A DNA stretch of 64,000 bases from a candidate division FCPU426 bacterium (GTDB taxonomy: Bacteria > Oederibacteriota > Muellerivitia > Muellerivitales > Muellerivitaceae). Location: positions 110,350 to 174,349 of the forward strand of contig CAWKAR010000003.1 of the NCBI GenBank assembly GCA_963847625.1. The letters run 5' to 3'. This document shows positions 51,322 through 60,798 of this stretch, in pieces; position 1 is the first letter of the stretch, and every line of letters begins with the position of its first letter. The translations under genes were made by a program, and so were the position numbers. The notes beneath the pieces are model-generated. The model made no database searches. It worked only from the letters and a program-made list of their open reading frames with translations, and had not been told where the DNA came from.

Positions 51322-53196
51322 TCACTTGCCGGCTACCCGGGGTTTTTTATCGAACCAATAACCTGAATAAAAAACCCGGGTCTGGCCGTCCTGCTCCTCG
51401 GCGTGGAGGGTTCCCCCGTCCCCGTAGAAAAGCCCCGGAACCACGGCGTCCTCATCCGACAGGGGAAGGATGGCCACTTTATACTCCACATCCCGGATGT
51501 CGAATGTCTCGAAGGAAACCCTCATGTCCACGGACAGGAAACCGTCCCGTTCCAGGAGGGCGGTCTTTTTGAACTGGACCGGTCCATGGATACCCCCCGC
51601 TTCCCGGTCTTGTCCGGCCTCCAGGGTATAATCCCCCTCCCGGTTTTTCCAGGAATCGGGAATTGGCACCGATTGGAACTTTTCCAGCGGAACGGGAAAA
51701 GGCAATCCCCCGATCACCGCCACGTCCGTATCGCCGATGGTTGAAAAAACGACCGGGTACTGGGGGAAGTCCATGGAGAAAAACAAAAGAAAGTTCAAGT
51801 GCGGCACGAAGGTGTCCTGGGCCACGGGTATCAAGTCCATCGTAAGATGGGCCATCTCCGCGGAAAGCTTGTCACCCTTTTGGGTGATTTTGGTGATTTG
51901 CCCAAAGGCTGAGTAGGTGCCGGCATACCGGCCCAACATTTCCTTAGCCATCGTTATCCTCTTGGGCATGGGGACTTTCTTTTTTTCCGTCTCTTCTTTC
52001 AAACCGTATTTGGCCTTTAACATTTCTTTTATAACGCGGGTGGCCAGGTCCTTTGCCATTTTTTGGGAATCCTCGGAGTTGGAAAGCAGGATCACCCCCA
52101 GCTTCTGCCGGGGAAGAAGGACGATTTGGGAATAGTAAGGCGGATAAGCCCCATCCTTCCAAGCCGTTCCCCCGGAGCCGGGAATATCCCAAAAACTCAG
52201 GTTCCAACCCATTCCCACCTGGAAACCGAAATCCAATGGGTTGCCGGCGTATTGGGGTTCGAACATCGATTGCGTGAGTTTTTTATTAATAAACCCTTTC
52301 GCCGGGTCCGGGTTAAGAAGAGCTTGGGCGAAACGCGCGAGGTCGTTGGCCGTGGAAACCATTCCAGCGGCGGGTACGTCCCTCACATGGAAGGCGGGAA
52401 CGGCTTTATCGCCCCTGTAACCCTGGGCCAAATCCCCTTCTTTTTCAGGATCGTTCACGCAATAGGTGGAATCCATGCCCAAGGGACGCAGCAGGTCGTC
52501 GTCCAACGCCTTTGTGTAATCCTTCTTGGTCTGGATTTCCACCATCCGTCCCAGCAGGGCGTAATCCGTGTAGGAATACCGGTAGAGGGTCTGGGGGGGC
52601 GAATAGAGATAGTCCTGTTTTAAATCCTTCAAGAGCTGGGAAAGGCTTGCCGGATTCCTTTGCCAAAGGCCGTTGATAAAAAAGCCCGGAAGCCCCGAAT
52701 GGTTTCCCAGGAGGGATCGAACCGTGATGGGTTTGGTATTCTTGAAACGGTTGTGGATGGAAAAATCAGGAAGGTACTTGCGGATCGGACTGTCCAGCCG
52801 GATCCTTCCTTTTTTGCAAAGATTCAGGATTTCAGCGGCCGTGAATATTTGGGATATCCCGCCAAGGGGATAGGCTGTGTCCCCGTCGGCCAGCACCTTT
52901 TTCTTCTCGTTAGCGTAACCAAACCCCTGGGACCAGACCCATTGATTCCCATCCACTAGGGCCAGGCTCAAACCCTTGACATGGTTCTTATCCATTTCCC
53001 GATGGATATAGGAAGCGAGGTCTTTTTTAACCGGTTCGTAATCCACGCCGGATTCGGCGGTTTGCGGATAGCTTGGCCCAGGTGCCATTAAAAGCAACCC
53101 CAACCCGATCATCTTCACGGTTGATTTCAACCACAACCTCCGAGCAAGGTCTAATTGTGTCATATTCCGGGAAATGAAAAAACCTTGCCCAAACAA
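51322..53196 (-). CDS. Beta-lactamase/serine hydrolase-fold protein with degenerate active site
   Basis: ITVRSLLGNHSGLP, PLGMDST, STANDLARF; SxxK replaced by GISQ. Confidence 0.8.
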   Translation of the reverse strand: MFGQGFFISRNMTQLDLARRLWLKSTVKMIGLGLLLMAPGPSYPQTAESGVDYEPVKKDLASYIHREMDKNHVKGLSLALVDGNQWVWSQGFGYANEKKKVLADGDTAYPLGGISQIFTAAEILNLCKKGRIRLDSPIRKYLPDFSIHNRFKNTKPITVRSLLGNHSGLPGFFINGLWQRNPASLSQLLKDLKQDYLYSPPQTLYRYSYTDYALLGRMVEIQTKKDYTKALDDDLLRPLGMDSTYCVNDPEKEGDLAQGYRGDKAVPAFHVRDVPAAGMVSTANDLARFAQALLNPDPAKGFINKKLTQSMFEPQYAGNPLDFGFQVGMGWNLSFWDIPGSGGTAWKDGAYPPYYSQIVLLPRQKLGVILLSNSEDSQKMAKDLATRVIKEMLKAKYGLKEETEKKKVPMPKRITMAKEMLGRYAGTYSAFGQITKITQKGDKLSAEMAHLTMDLIPVAQDTFVPHLNFLLFFSMDFPQYPVVFSTIGDTDVAVIGGLPFPVPLEKFQSVPIPDSWKNREGDYTLEAGQDREAGGIHGPVQFKKTALLERDGFLSVDMRVSFETFDIRDVEYKVAILPLSDEDAVVPGLFYGDGGTLHAEEQDGQTRVFYSGYWFDKKPRVAGK

Positions 53197-53518
53197 TTAA
53201 TTGCTATTCCGCGATCTCATGCGTTTGGTTCCCGACAAAATTACAGATAGCATGACAAGTTTTCACAAAGTTTAACCGGTTTTTTATGGTTATGCATCCC
53301 GGCAATACTTTTAAAAGCCCGAATTATTCAGAAGATTTTAATAATGTTTACGGGCCAGAATTTGGTATTTTGCCCTTATCAAAAATAAACCATATCTGCT
53401 ATTCTTAACCCCCGCGTTTCTGGCGGATACGGCTAAACGACATAAGGCCCTTCAAGGTTTAACAGATTCACTTGCCGGCGAATATTAATCTGGAAGAAAT
53501 TATTTTTGGAGGTTTACG

Positions 53519-54160
53519 GTGGAACGAGTATGTATCTTTATCGACGGAAGCGGCTTTTACTTCGCTTTGAAGCGGAATAACCGCTTATCCCGCTTGGATT
53601 ATTTTGAGCTCTCCCAAGCCCTCGTGGGGCCGGATCGGAACCTCGTCAGGACCTATTACTACAATTCGGCGCATGACCCCGTTTTGTCCCCCGACCAATG
53701 GAAAGTCCAGCAGCCCTTCTGGGAATCCCTTCTCCGGACGCCTTATTTGGACCTTCGGTTGGGGCGTTTGGTGCCAACCCACGAGGGGGGGTTCAAGGAA
53801 AAGGGCGTCAATGTGAGGCTGGTATCCGATCTTTTATACTACGGGGCCAGAAATCTCTACGAGACAGCCATCATTATCACCGAGGATGTGGATTTCGCCC
53901 AGGCGTTGAACCAATTGAAGGAAATGGGACGGCACGTGGAATTATGCCTTTTCCCCGATATCCAGCCCCGGGAGTTGATCCAGTCGGCGGATACAATCAT
54001 CCCCTTGGAGGATGTTCTGTCGATGTATAACGCCAAAATTTTCCCGGTAGTCACCGAAGATAACATGGGCAATAGGAACGAGGACGCCCATTCACTGAAA
54101 AAACGGGAATCAAAATCCGGCCTTCCGAATAACCTCAAGGAAAAATTCAAACAACCCTGA
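53519..54160 (+). CDS. NYN/LabA (DUF88) domain protein
   Basis: IFIDG, RTYYY, KEKGV, DVDF..G. Confidence 0.82.
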   Translation: MERVCIFIDGSGFYFALKRNNRLSRLDYFELSQALVGPDRNLVRTYYYNSAHDPVLSPDQWKVQQPFWESLLRTPYLDLRLGRLVPTHEGGFKEKGVNVRLVSDLLYYGARNLYETAIIITEDVDFAQALNQLKEMGRHVELCLFPDIQPRELIQSADTIIPLEDVLSMYNAKIFPVVTEDNMGNRNEDAHSLKKRESKSGLPNNLKEKFKQP

Positions 54161-54257
54161 ACCGCTAAGCGATACGGAAGGGCCATCTCAAAAAAATTCC
54201 CGGTTCCGTAGGGAATTTCATCCGCCTAGGATTGGGAAATTGAATTCTTCCTAACCG

Positions 54258-55538
54258 CTAATGTTTCCCCGATACCGGCGAAAGCATCCGATCTATCTCA
54301 TCCGCCATCTTCGAAAGTTGGCTCATTTGGTCCGGGGTAACCCCCTTCATATGGTTTAACGCCAAGTCTTTCGCCAAGGTTTGGCTTAATACCTTCCGTT
54401 TATCCGAAACTTTTTTCATGTCCGCGTTGGAAATCTTTTTCGAAATGTTAGCCTTGAATAACCGGTCGTTTTGACCCTTTATCCTGGTGTTCAACTTTTC
54501 CGCACTTACCAACTTGGGCTGGGCCGCTGGATTGGCCGCCTGTTTTGCCGTCGGTTTTACGGCTGGGGGTGTTTTCACCTTAGCCGTAATTCCCAAAATA
54601 CCAGTGGAAGGTTTGACTGGATTTCCCGCCTGGGGAATCAAGGCAGGGGCGGGTTGGGCGGGCACGTTTGCCGGTTTTTCCAATACCGGTTTTTGCGAGG
54701 CCTGCGGGCCGCCGGGGGCGTTCTGAGCCGGGTTGGCCGCCGCCACCCCCGGATTGTTGGAGGTTGGAGAGCCGAAGTTGCCAGGCCGCGCTGAATAATG
54801 CCGCTTGAAATCGTTTGGGCCGTTACCCCAAGCAGGGTTATTTTTATTGAAAGACTGGTTTCCATAAATCCCCTGGTGAATGGCCTTATTATTGGAAACC
54901 ACCATCCGGCGTAATTGGATCATTTGGTCCTTGCTCAGGTCCATTCGCCTGTTTTGACTGTAATAGTTTTGCTCGGTGTTATAGACAACATTGATCTGGA
55001 TCCTCATGGACTGGGCCTGATCCTGGGTTATTTGGTTGGATTGGGCCGCCGTGTTAACGGCGGTTTGCTGTTGGTACAAATCCTGGTGCAGCTTGGATAT
55101 AAACATGTACCTGTCATTGGGTGATCCGTAATCATAATTCCATCCCCCCTGGAAGCCTTGAATCCAAGCTTCACGGCGCGCGATGGCGTCGCTGATCGCC
55201 TGGCCGTTGTCATCCAGCATGGCATTCAGGTTGGTGGTTTGTCCGTAATTCAGGTCCTGTCCGCCGTTTTGGGCCATATCATTCGAAGACATTCTCCGGA
55301 CCATTTCGTCGTTTTCAGCCAAGCCTTCCGCTGAATATTGATCCAAGTTGCCGCTTTGCAAAGCCCCGTCGATCCGGGTGATTTGCTGGCGGACACGAAG
55401 TTCGATCTGCGCCGCGTTGGGATTAGGGGGTGGTGCTACTTCATTGCTCTGGACAAATCGGATGGTACAGCCTGTTTGAAACAGCCCAAAAAACAAGGTG
55501 GAAACGGTGATCCACAAAATCTGGTATTTGAATTTCAT
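54258..55538 (-). CDS. Hypothetical lipoprotein
   Basis: Lipobox-like QTGC; Q/N-rich helical segments and Pro/Ala linker. Confidence 0.6.
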   Translation of the reverse strand: MKFKYQILWITVSTLFFGLFQTGCTIRFVQSNEVAPPPNPNAAQIELRVRQQITRIDGALQSGNLDQYSAEGLAENDEMVRRMSSNDMAQNGGQDLNYGQTTNLNAMLDDNGQAISDAIARREAWIQGFQGGWNYDYGSPNDRYMFISKLHQDLYQQQTAVNTAAQSNQITQDQAQSMRIQINVVYNTEQNYYSQNRRMDLSKDQMIQLRRMVVSNNKAIHQGIYGNQSFNKNNPAWGNGPNDFKRHYSARPGNFGSPTSNNPGVAAANPAQNAPGGPQASQKPVLEKPANVPAQPAPALIPQAGNPVKPSTGILGITAKVKTPPAVKPTAKQAANPAAQPKLVSAEKLNTRIKGQNDRLFKANISKKISNADMKKVSDKRKVLSQTLAKDLALNHMKGVTPDQMSQLSKMADEIDRMLSPVSGKH

Positions 55539-55866
55539 GCGCTAGCTCCTCTGAATGTTTTCGACTTATCCACAATATTCAGCTTATCCACATTTTTCAT
55601 CAGCAGATAGGTTTTACGGTTTCCTAAACCGCGTAAACCCGTTGCCAGGAGCATTTTAAGGTTAAAAGCAAAACCTAACTAGGGCAATCATGTTTAAAAA
55701 CTGTAATAACATTCAAATATATGCTTAATGAATAAGCTCACGTACAGAAGGGGTAAAACTTGTGGAAATGGATTAAAACTCAGTTTTACCTTGAAACTTG
55801 GGTATTGGTGGGGATTAAAGCGATAAGACAGGTAGTTTGTAAAAATAGAAGCATTCGATCAGGATA

Positions 55867-56445
55867 TTATTCCACCTTCAACAGCGTAAAGGAAATTCCA
55901 TTTTTGTTGTACTTAGTAGTCATTCCGAGAATGTTCCCTTCGGAGTCCTTCAGGAAAGTCACCTCGTAATCTGAATGCACTTCCTGGAAATCACCGTCGG
56001 ATTCGGGCAAAAGCCGGATTTCACTGGAACTGCTTCCTAACCTTATGGCCAGCAGACCGTCCCGGACCTCCACATTCACCTGGTCGCCGACTTTTTGTTT
56101 CACTTGGTCAGAAACAACCTCAAAACGGTACTGGCCGACGTAAGGTCGCAATTCCAAGTTGGTCTGCTTGATCTTATTTTCCCGCCGGACCATGACGATA
56201 ACCAGAAGAGCCGCCAGGGCCAGGACAGCGGCCAACCAAACCAGGTTGGGAAATTTTCGCGGTCTTTTTTCCGGTTCCCGGGCCGTTACAACGATTTTCG
56301 GAAGTTCCCTTACCTTTTCCCTGACTCTTAGCCGGCGCGGTTTGAGGACAATGGTTTTTTTTCGATATTTCGGCCTTCCCGCTCCCGCTTTACCCACGAT
56401 TTTTTTAGGCCATGGCCTTGGTGTTTTTTCCTTTTTCTTCTTCAA
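55867..56445 (-). CDS. Hypothetical membrane-anchored protein
   Basis: Basic N-terminus, one TM segment, YVGQY beta-rich C-terminal domain. Confidence 0.55.
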   Translation of the reverse strand: MKKKKEKTPRPWPKKIVGKAGAGRPKYRKKTIVLKPRRLRVREKVRELPKIVVTAREPEKRPRKFPNLVWLAAVLALAALLVIVMVRRENKIKQTNLELRPYVGQYRFEVVSDQVKQKVGDQVNVEVRDGLLAIRLGSSSSEIRLLPESDGDFQEVHSDYEVTFLKDSEGNILGMTTKYNKNGISFTLLKVE

Positions 56446-56498
56446 ACAATCGCTCCTTTAAGTCTCACGAAAGTTCGCCTCGAAACCCTCTTTTCTCA

Positions 56499-56526
56499 CT
56501 TTTGAAACGGCTCCACGGAATGGATG
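56499..56526 (+). repeat. Cassette-boundary half-site K (right half only)
   Basis: CTTTTG AAACGGC TCCAC GGAA TGGATG. Confidence 0.45.
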
Positions 56527-56549
56527 TTTTGCGAAAAGGGCATTTTGAT

Positions 56550-57200
56550 TTACTTATTATTTAAGTCCTTATTTTGTTTTTCCAAGCGGGCTTGAAGTTC
56601 TAAATAGCTTTCATTTCTTTCGGTATCTACCCCACCCCGTTCCGGCACAGTTGTGTCGCTGGCCGCGACTCGGTGGACAATCAATGCTGCGATGATAAAA
56701 CCAGACAAAACGCAAAGAATCGCCACAAAAAGGATGAGACCGTTCCCCTTGTTTTTCCCGCTCCCACCGGTAAAAGCCTTGAAGACGCTTCCCAAAGCCT
56801 TCGGAAAGTTATCGATCGCGTTGAAGGTGTTGTGCATATTGGCATAGGTGTTGTATGCGGCTATCCCCATGTTTTTAACTGAATGGTTCCGATAGGCGTT
56901 GGCCCAACTCTGGAACATGATGGCATAACCCGAGAAAAGAAAACCCGGAACCAACAGCACATAACCCGCCTGGAAAAAAAGACCGGCTTGTTCAGGGGTG
57001 ATCTTACCTGCGGATACTAATACGTTTCCGACGACGATAAGGATGTCCCAACTAAAGCCCAGTGAGGACATCAGGTAACCCATCCAGGCCATGAAACGGT
57101 AGCCGCCCCCCGCATGTTTTGCCTCCACCCAGACTTTGCCCGTCGCATAAGCGTTCCAAATACTGATGGCCAGATTCAACAGCCAAATAAAAACGATCAT
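56550..57200 (-). CDS. Hypothetical membrane protein
   Basis: 216-aa ORF with several TM segments; AGGAG RBS. Confidence 0.65.
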   Translation of the reverse strand: MIVFIWLLNLAISIWNAYATGKVWVEAKHAGGGYRFMAWMGYLMSSLGFSWDILIVVGNVLVSAGKITPEQAGLFFQAGYVLLVPGFLFSGYAIMFQSWANAYRNHSVKNMGIAAYNTYANMHNTFNAIDNFPKALGSVFKAFTGGSGKNKGNGLILFVAILCVLSGFIIAALIVHRVAASDTTVPERGGVDTERNESYLELQARLEKQNKDLNNK

Positions 57201-57300
57201 ACTGTTCTCCTTTTATCCTTAATTTCTAAGATGATCTTTCCTGGCAATCTCGCTTCGGCGCTAAAAGATATCTCACGCACTTGATACTTCGAATTGATGT

Positions 57301-57328
57301 TGTCCAATGCGCCTCCCTGTCATGGATA
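57301..57328 (+). repeat. Cassette-boundary site J
   Basis: TGTCCA ATGCGCC TCCCT GTCA TGGATA. Confidence 0.7.
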
Positions 57329-57334
57329 AGTTTG

Positions 57335-57358
57335 TGGCTGGCCATCCAGGATTCGAAC
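57335..57358 (-). other. tRNA 3'-end fragment (Gln-like), possible att site
   Basis: GTTCGAATCCTGGATGGCCAGCCA = T-loop, acceptor strand and CCA; no 5' half. Confidence 0.7.
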
Positions 57359-57360
57359 TA

Positions 57361-57630
57361 TTAACCCCAATAGGTGGGCGCGCCGAAAAGGTGGAAAAAT
57401 TTTATAATCAAGTACACCGCCGGCAAGACGGCGATACCGATGGCAAGGCCCAGGTAAAAGGCATTGCGCCTTTGTCGGTAGGAGAATCCAGGCCCAGCCA
57501 AAGAGGAAAGGTCATCCTGTACCGCACCCAACCTGGTTTTCAATGCCTCCTCGTCCAGGGAACCCTGCCTGTATTCCTGGGCAAGGGATTCCATCCCCTT
57601 GAAAAACTTGTCATAAACCTCGTCAACCAT
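57361..57630 (-). CDS. Small hypothetical membrane protein
   Basis: AGGAGG RBS and C-terminal TM segment. Confidence 0.55.
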   Translation of the reverse strand: MVDEVYDKFFKGMESLAQEYRQGSLDEEALKTRLGAVQDDLSSLAGPGFSYRQRRNAFYLGLAIGIAVLPAVYLIIKFFHLFGAPTYWG

Positions 57631-57821
57631 AAGAGCCTCCTTGGGACCATAGAAAAGCTACGATGCATATTGTAATAGTCCGCGGGTCCCGATTAAACGA
57701 CCATGACAGTTTGAATCTTTCAACACGACACCCAGTGTAAATCGGTTGGTTTCAATCGAAAATTTGACTATCTTGGTGTCCTGTTGGTGTCCCGATTCAT
57801 AAATTGAGGAAATAGAAAACC

Positions 57822-58787
57822 ATGAAACCCCAGTTGACCGTCCTCCCCGAACCCATCACCTTGAAATCCTACATCTGGCATCATTCTTCCCAATCTCTCC
57901 TGGAATTCCTGGCCGGCCGTTTCCGGTACCATTCCCGGGAGGAATGGGATGGCTTGATTCAGGAAGGGCGCGTGGAGGTCAACGGCCTTGCGGCCTCCCC
58001 GGGACAGCCCCTTCGGGCTGGGGACGAGGTGGCCTACACCACGAACGCCTGGGAGGAGCCGGAAGTCCGCAAGGACTACCGGGTAGCCTATGAGGATGAT
58101 TCCCTTTTCGTCCTTTCGAAACCCGCGCCCCTTCCGGTGCACGCGATCGGTGCTTATTTCAAGAATACCCTCATGCATCTTCTGCGGGAAGACCGGCCCG
58201 AATCCCAGAATTACCATTTGATCCACCGTTTGGACTCAGAGACCAGCGGATTGCTTCTTCTAGTGAAGGACCAGAAGCTGGTGGCCCCATTCCAGAAAGC
58301 TTGGAACCAGGATTCCCGCAAGACCTACCAGGCCATCGTTTTCGGAAAGTTCCCTCCAGGCCGGATGAGGGTGGACGAGCCGATCGGCCGCAAAAAAGGC
58401 TCCCCCATCCGTATGAAGCTGGGTGTGAATCCCGGGGAAGGCCGCCCTTCCTCCACTGAATTTGAACTGCTTGAAACCCGGGGTGACTTTTCACTTGTGG
58501 AGGCCCGCCCTATTACGGGCCGGACGCACCAGTTGCGGGTTCATTTGGAACACCTGGGTTTCCCGATCGTGGGGGACAAGATTTATTCGGGCGATGACGA
58601 GACTTTCCTGCATTTTTATGAGAACGGTTGGGACGAGCATCTGGCGGAGAGACTTCTTCTTCCCCGTCAGGCGTTACACGCGTTCAGGCTGGAGTTGACC
58701 CATCCCGTAACGGGAACGAGGATGAAATTCGAGGATGCCCTGTCTGAGGATTTAACGCAATTTTGGGAGTCGGCTATTAGCCGTTGA
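57822..58787 (+). CDS. RluA/RluD family pseudouridine synthase
   Basis: HRLDSETSG, TGRTHQLRVH, GDKIY. Confidence 0.93.
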   Translation: MKPQLTVLPEPITLKSYIWHHSSQSLLEFLAGRFRYHSREEWDGLIQEGRVEVNGLAASPGQPLRAGDEVAYTTNAWEEPEVRKDYRVAYEDDSLFVLSKPAPLPVHAIGAYFKNTLMHLLREDRPESQNYHLIHRLDSETSGLLLLVKDQKLVAPFQKAWNQDSRKTYQAIVFGKFPPGRMRVDEPIGRKKGSPIRMKLGVNPGEGRPSSTEFELLETRGDFSLVEARPITGRTHQLRVHLEHLGFPIVGDKIYSGDDETFLHFYENGWDEHLAERLLLPRQALHAFRLELTHPVTGTRMKFEDALSEDLTQFWESAISR

Positions 58788-58956
58788 TGGTTAGGGCTGT
58801 ACATGACCTTATTGGCATATGATTGCCGCCTATTAAACTTCTCACACCTAACTTCTAACTCCCCACTTTCCAACAGGCGTCTTGACTTTGAAGGTGGTTA
58901 ACTTAAAATACCGTTCCGGTTCACCCCTGAAGCCAAGGCTGTAGGGGTCCTTCCCA

Positions 58957-59043
58957 GCCCGAGTGGCGAAATTGGCAGACGCAATAGACTCAAAATCTAT
59001 CGAGAGCAATCTCATGTCGGTTCAAGTCCGACCTCGGGCACCA
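58957..59043 (+). tRNA. tRNA-Leu(CAA)
   Basis: GCCCGAG/CTCGGGC acceptor stem, CTCAAAA anticodon loop, long variable arm, GTTCAAGTC, CCA. Confidence 0.93.
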
Positions 59044-59098
59044 TACTTCGTCAGCGGTCCTTATTTTTCCGCGATTTTACAGTCTATCCTCGATGCAA

Positions 59099-59137
59099 AG
59101 AGCCTTGTCCGATACCTAAATCGGGCAGGGCTTTTTT
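59099..59137 (+). terminator. Terminator after tRNA-Leu
   Basis: AGCCTTGTCCGA/TCGGGCAGGGCT hairpin followed by a T-tract. Confidence 0.6.
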
Positions 59138-59217
59138 GTTTTGACGGCTGTTGACGGCTCCCGACGGCTGTTGATGGCTGCTTAAGAGACGGATAAGAGA
59201 CGGGGAAAATGCCGAGG

Positions 59218-60412
59218 TGACCTTTCCCCCGAAAACTGATCCAAAAATATGTTAGTTTTGGATTATAGATCGGGAGGGGAAAGATGGCAAAGAAACGGTT
59301 TTTATCTGAGCAGATAGTGGCTATTCTCCGCGAGGCGGAGAAAGCTCCCGCCGTTGAGGAAGTTCTCCGAAAGCATGGCATTTCCGAGCAGACTTACTAC
59401 CGCTGGAAACGCATGTACGGAAGCCTTGGAGTTTCCGAAGTCCACCGCATCAAACAGCTGGAAGAAGAAAACCGGAAACTCAAGCAGTTAGCGGGTGATC
59501 AGGCCCTGGCTATTCAGGTTCTCCAAGAGCACATAAAAAAAAGGGGTATTGATCGAGGAGCAAAAAGGCATGGTGGAAGCCCTGAAGGCTCAGGAAGTAC
59601 CGGAAAGACGAGCCTGTGATGTTCTTGGGGTAAATCGATCGAGTTTTCGATATGAGGCCCAGCCAGAAGATCCGTTGAACCAGGTGATCCTGCAGGAAAT
59701 GGTTAAGTTAGCGCAAAGAAACCGACGTTTCGGAAGCCCTCGGATGTTGTGGATGTTGGAACGCAGAGGCCTTGATGTGAATCACAAGCGGGTGGAGAGG
59801 CTCTACCAGGTAGCAGGGCTTCAATTACCGCGCAGGAGACCCAGGAAGAAGAGGGTTCCGACGGAATGGAGAAGGCCCCACCCGGCTTTGGGTTCCAACG
59901 AGGTGTGGACGATGGACTTCGTGCATGACCTGACATGGTTCGGGGGAAAGGTGAAGTTTTTGACGGTGTTGGATGAAGGATTTAGGGAATGCTTGGAGAT
60001 CCGGGCGGAGAAGCGAATGAGAAGCCGGGACGTGCTGGAGACGCTGGACGAGTTGATGACGGAGTACGGGACACCAAAGTGCCTGCGGGTGGACAACGGG
60101 CCAGAGTTCGTGGCGAAAGAACTGAGGAACTGGCTTGAGGAGAAGGGCGTAGAGGTGCTATATATCGAACCAGGGAGTCCATGGCAGAATGGATTCATCG
60201 AAAGTTTCAACGGAAAGTTTAGGGATGAGTGCCTGAACCAAGAAATTTTTCTTTCAAAAGCGGAGGCCCAGGTAGTCGTGGATTGGTGGAGGCAGGTGTA
60301 TAACTGGCAGAGACCGCACAGCAGTTTGGGGGGAAAAACCCCAATGGAAGCAAAGGCCGAAAAGTTGGGCCTTAACTAACTTAAATTTGGATCAAACATT
60401 GGGGGAAGGTCA
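59218..60412 (+). mobile_element. IS3 family insertion sequence (copy 1)
   Basis: TG..CA ends; IRs TGACCTTTCCCCCG..GATCCAAA / TTTGGATC..GGGGGAAGGTCA. Confidence 0.92.
59284..60379 (+). CDS. IS3 transposase OrfA/OrfB with -1 programmed frameshift
   Basis: HTH OrfA 59284-59619; A8G slippery run at 59535-59543; WTMDF, DNGPEF, PWQNGFIESFN. Confidence 0.92.
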
Positions 60413-60798
60413 GGATGTGTGCCCGTTACGGATAAACCTTTTGACTTAACGAAATCAATTAATTTTTGATAATCACTTTCGCTTGGTCCAAACATGTCGC
60501 CAAATTGTGAAGGTCTAAGATAATGACCATATTTCGGACTTTTTTTGTTGTACAAGTCCTTGAGAAATAATTGCAAATCGTCTTGATTTCGTAATGGAAA
60601 CCCAATTGCCAATGGTATTTTTTCTGAAGAAAGAACATTTCCAATGGAAGTCATCTTTAAAGCGGCAGGTGAAACATGCCCATGTAATTGTTGTCTTACC
60701 ACACCTTGGGCAATGCCTTGCGATACTGGAAATATCACCACAAGAGCAATCAAACCAGTAAGTTCGAAGCAAATTTGTAAATATTTCACGGGTTTCAT
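60413..60798 (-). pseudogene. S53 (kumamolisin/sedolisin) pro-domain protein truncated by IS3
   Basis: LRNQDDL..LY..SPKYGHYL..QFGDMFGPS; ORF runs into the IS3 right end. Confidence 0.75.

Noticed and set aside
2348..57328. Classical integron attC sites or Xer dif/pdif sites
   Set aside because: No RYYYAAC/GTTRRRY ends, no intI in the window and no XerD arm (TTATGTTAAAT); only the geometry is similar.
59104..59130. Another cassette site (TTGTCCGA..TCGGGCA)
   Set aside because: Wrong spacing and no TCCC core; better explained as the tRNA terminator.
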